Source: an uncultured Desulfobacterales bacterium (GTDB taxonomy: Bacteria; Desulfobacterota; DSM-4660; Desulfatiglandales; HGW-15). From it: a DNA stretch of 64,000 bases. Each line of letters opens with the position of its first letter. Positions within the stretch are counted from its first letter, which is position 1. Under the pieces are notes generated by a model. That model was not told the DNA's origin. It did not search any database and worked only from the letters and a program-made list of their open reading frames with translations. Shown here one piece after another: positions 61,195-64,000 of this stretch. The DNA lies in NCBI GenBank assembly GCA_964647905.1, contig CAZYJR010000008.1:47823-111822 (forward strand). The letters run 5' to 3'. Made by a program: the position numbers and the translations under genes.

Positions 61195-64000
61195 ATGGAA
61201 TTCGCCGAATTCATCGACCATTGCCTGTGCCTGGACATAGAGACCGGTCCCGAAGGGGAGATCATCGGGCTGGGCGCGATCCGCGGCGACCAAACCTTTT
61301 CCCGAAGAGGAGGCGCCGGCCGGCAAGCCTCCCTCGATACATTGGACAGGATGGCCCGCGGCGCACAGTTCCTGCTGGGCCATAATCTGGTCGGTCACGA
61401 CCTCCCGGTTCTAGAGGCGGCGGCCCCGCGCTCCCCGCTCATCAAGATGCCCGCGGTGGACACCCTTTATCTCTCGCCAATCGCCTTCCCGGAAAACCCG
61501 TATCACCGGCTGGTCAAGGACTACAAGCTGGTGCGGGACACGATGAACGACCCCCTGGCGGACGCACGCATCGCTTTGTCGCTCTTCAAGGACCAGTGGG
61601 AGACCTTTACGGCCATAGGCAAGACCGAAAGCGCCCTGTTGTCGTTCTTCCTCTTCGCATTCTCGGGCGATCCCGCATTCAAAGGCATCGAGCTGGCCCT
61701 CGAGGCCATGGGCGCGGCAAAAGCGGGCGTGGATGATGCATTTGACATTTTCGAGCGATGCACCCGCAGCCGGGTTTGTGGGGAGGCCCTGAAACGGGCG
61801 GTCCCCTCACGCCTGAAGGATCCCTCCCGGCGGGTCTGCCTGGCGTACGCCCTGGCCTGGCTCCGGGTGGCCGGCGGCAACTCCGTCCTCCCGCCCTGGG
61901 TGGGACATCGCTTTCCGGACGTGGCTTTGATCCTCAGAGACCTGCGTGACATTCCATGCGGCGGGCCGGACTGCGGCTATTGCAGAGAGGCCCACGACCC
62001 CGGCAGGATGCTGCAACGCTTTTTCGGGTTTTCCGCGTTCCGGCCGGAACCGGCTGATGCAGAGGGCCGAAGCCTTCAGGAGGCCATTGTCACGAGGGCC
62101 ATGGGGGAGAAGCCCTTGTTCGCGGTTCTGCCCACAGGGGCGGGTAAGAGCCTTTGCTACCAGGTACCGGCCCTGGCCCGCTACCTGCGCCGGTCCGTCC
62201 TGACCATTGTGATCTCCCCGTTGCAGGCCTTGATGAAAGACCAGGTGGACAACCTGCGGAACAAGACGGGAGCCCCCAACGCGGCGGCCCTGAACGGCCT
62301 CCTCACCGCCCCGGAGCGGGGCGAGGTCCTGCGGGGCGTTCGAATGGGCGATGTCGGCATCCTATATGTCTCCCCGGAACAACTGCGCAACCGCTCGTTT
62401 CGCAGCGCCGTCCGGCACCGTGAAATCGCCTGCTGGGTCTTTGACGAAGCCCACTGCCTCTCCAAGTGGGGGCACGACTTTCGGCCCGACTATCTATATG
62501 CGGCCCGTTTCATCAGAGAGTTCTCGACGGCGCACCAGGGCTTTCTCCCTCCGATCCACTGCTTCAGTGCAACTGCCAAGGAAGATGTCAAGGCGGAAAT
62601 CCTGGACCATTTCCGAACACAACTGGGCGTCGAGCTGGAGGTCCACAGCGGCGGAATCGAACGGGACAACCTGCGGTTCGAGGTGCAGACCGCGGCCTCC
62701 GCCCAGAAGCACCCCCGCCTCCATGAACTGCTATCGGAACGCTTGCCTCCGGACCGCCCCGGGTGCTGCATCGTCTACTGTGCAACCAGAAAGGGGGCCG
62801 AGGCAGCGGCCGGGTACCTCCTGAACCTGGGCTGGCCGGTGCAGGCCTTTCACGCCGGGGTAGACGCCTCCCTGAAAAGAGAGATCCAGGATGATTTCCT
62901 GGAAGGACGCACCCGCGTGATTTGCGCCACCAACGCCTTCGGCATGGGCATCGACAAGGAGGATGTGCGCCTGGTGGTCCACTTGGACATCCCCGGCTCC
63001 TTGGAGAACTACATACAGGAGGCGGGGCGGGCGGGACGCGACCGCCTCGAGGCCGAGTGCGTCTTGTTCTATGACGAAGAGGATATAGAGACCCAGTTCA
63101 GGCTCTCGGCCCTGTCCAGGCTGGACCGCCATGAAATCGCCCGGATCCTTCGGGTCCTTCGCAAGGCGAGGAGGAACAGGGAAGGGAACGTGGTTCTCAC
63201 CACGGGGGAGCTGATGCGGGACGAGGCCATGGAGGAGGCGATCGACCCTGAGGACAGGAACGCCCCCACCAAGGTGGTGACCGCGATCTCCTGGCTGGAG
63301 CGAGCAGGGTTCCTGGAGCGGAACGAAAACCGCACCCAGGTGTTTCAGGGCCGCCCCCTGGTGAGAAGCATCCAAGAGGCCCGCGGCAGGATCGAAAAGC
63401 TGGGGCTCTCCGCCGACCGCAAGGCCCAATGGCTGGCGATACTTGAGGCCCTGATCAACGCCGATCCGGATGAAGGTTTCAGCGCGGACGCGCTGGCGGA
63501 GCTGAGCGCCTTCCGGCGCAGCCCGCAAAGCCACGCCCCGGCCGGCGAAGACGAGACAGACAGCCGGCGCGTGCTCCGCACCCTCCACGAAATGGCCGAA
63601 GCGGGCCTGATAAGAAAGACCCTCGTTATGTCCGCCTTTGTGCGCTACAAGGTGGCCGGCCACTCAGGCGTGCTCCTCGATCAGATATGCCTGCTGGAAT
63701 CCGCCATGCTCGACGCCCTGCGCGAGGAGGCCCCGGACGCTGAAAGGGGGGAGATCCAGATCCTGTCCCTTCGCCGGCTCAACCAGCGCCTCATCGATCA
63801 GGGCCTCGAGCGAAGCAATCCGGAGATCCTCAGGAACCTCCTCTTGAGCCTGGCCCAGGACGGCCGGGGGCCGTCCGGGAGCCGCGGCGGCATCACCTTC
63901 AGGTACGCCGGGCGGGACAGATACAGGGTCAAACTCCAAAGGGACTGGAGCTCCCTCCAAGCCGCGGCCGAACTCCGCCGGGCCTCGGCCAGGGCCGTCT
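61195..64000 (+). CDS. DEDD 3'-5' exonuclease + RecQ-family helicase fusion (partial, runs off window end)
   Basis: Open frame from ATG 61195 (or TTG 61174 after GGGGAGG) to 64000 with no stop; it is not in the ORF track. Exonuclease motifs CLDIETG, LLGHNLVGHDL, NDPLADA. Helicase motifs PTGAGKSLCYQ, DEAHCLSKWGHDFRPDY, ATNAFGMGIDK, QEAGRAGRD. Confidence 0.8.
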   Translation, partial: MEFAEFIDHCLCLDIETGPEGEIIGLGAIRGDQTFSRRGGAGRQASLDTLDRMARGAQFLLGHNLVGHDLPVLEAAAPRSPLIKMPAVDTLYLSPIAFPENPYHRLVKDYKLVRDTMNDPLADARIALSLFKDQWETFTAIGKTESALLSFFLFAFSGDPAFKGIELALEAMGAAKAGVDDAFDIFERCTRSRVCGEALKRAVPSRLKDPSRRVCLAYALAWLRVAGGNSVLPPWVGHRFPDVALILRDLRDIPCGGPDCGYCREAHDPGRMLQRFFGFSAFRPEPADAEGRSLQEAIVTRAMGEKPLFAVLPTGAGKSLCYQVPALARYLRRSVLTIVISPLQALMKDQVDNLRNKTGAPNAAALNGLLTAPERGEVLRGVRMGDVGILYVSPEQLRNRSFRSAVRHREIACWVFDEAHCLSKWGHDFRPDYLYAARFIREFSTAHQGFLPPIHCFSATAKEDVKAEILDHFRTQLGVELEVHSGGIERDNLRFEVQTAASAQKHPRLHELLSERLPPDRPGCCIVYCATRKGAEAAAGYLLNLGWPVQAFHAGVDASLKREIQDDFLEGRTRVICATNAFGMGIDKEDVRLVVHLDIPGSLENYIQEAGRAGRDRLEAECVLFYDEEDIETQFRLSALSRLDRHEIARILRVLRKARRNREGNVVLTTGELMRDEAMEEAIDPEDRNAPTKVVTAISWLERAGFLERNENRTQVFQGRPLVRSIQEARGRIEKLGLSADRKAQWLAILEALINADPDEGFSADALAELSAFRRSPQSHAPAGEDETDSRRVLRTLHEMAEAGLIRKTLVMSAFVRYKVAGHSGVLLDQICLLESAMLDALREEAPDAERGEIQILSLRRLNQRLIDQGLERSNPEILRNLLLSLAQDGRGPSGSRGGITFRYAGRDRYRVKLQRDWSSLQAAAELRRASARAV

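Overview
GC-rich (by eye) bacterial chromosomal segment. The gene content points to an anaerobic, sulfate-reducer/syntroph-like (Desulfobacterota-type) organism; that placement is inference only. I saw no rRNA, tRNA, CRISPR array or transposase. Main content: (1) three molybdopterin-oxidoreductase loci: a Tat-exported ArrA-like alpha-beta-NrfD-TorD-FmdE operon (126-6009); a Tat-exported NarG-type (Asp-ligand) alpha with a small beta, NrfD, TorD and upstream CBS/HPP genes (11940-18268); and a cytoplasmic enzyme translationally coupled to a Trm112-methyltransferase (53695-56705). (2) hdrCB-nifU-nifS-trx, Tat-signal hcp, and metY/metX/metW. (3) Two RND-type export operons, one ending in a large hybrid sensor kinase. 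(4) Accessory pieces: AbiE and VapBC toxin-antitoxin pairs and several gene remnants. (5) A minus-strand cluster (36129-41865): PadR, TauE, mini-ferredoxin, methyltransferase, ArsR, three DsrE-family genes, an Lpd-like flavoprotein and a ferredoxin. In it I find two adjacent genes with in-frame UGA codons, each followed by a SECIS-like hairpin. The ORF track breaks both at the UGA. They look like selenoproteins: a DsrE-like protein with Sec at the active-Cys position, and a 150-aa protein with a winged-helix domain. A 14-bp palindrome TTGACTTARGTCAA occurs five times, in front of hcp, the NarG-type locus, fmdE and an efflux operon, suggesting one CRP/FNR-type regulon. A >930-codon exonuclease-RecQ ORF runs off the 3' edge and is absent from the ORF track.
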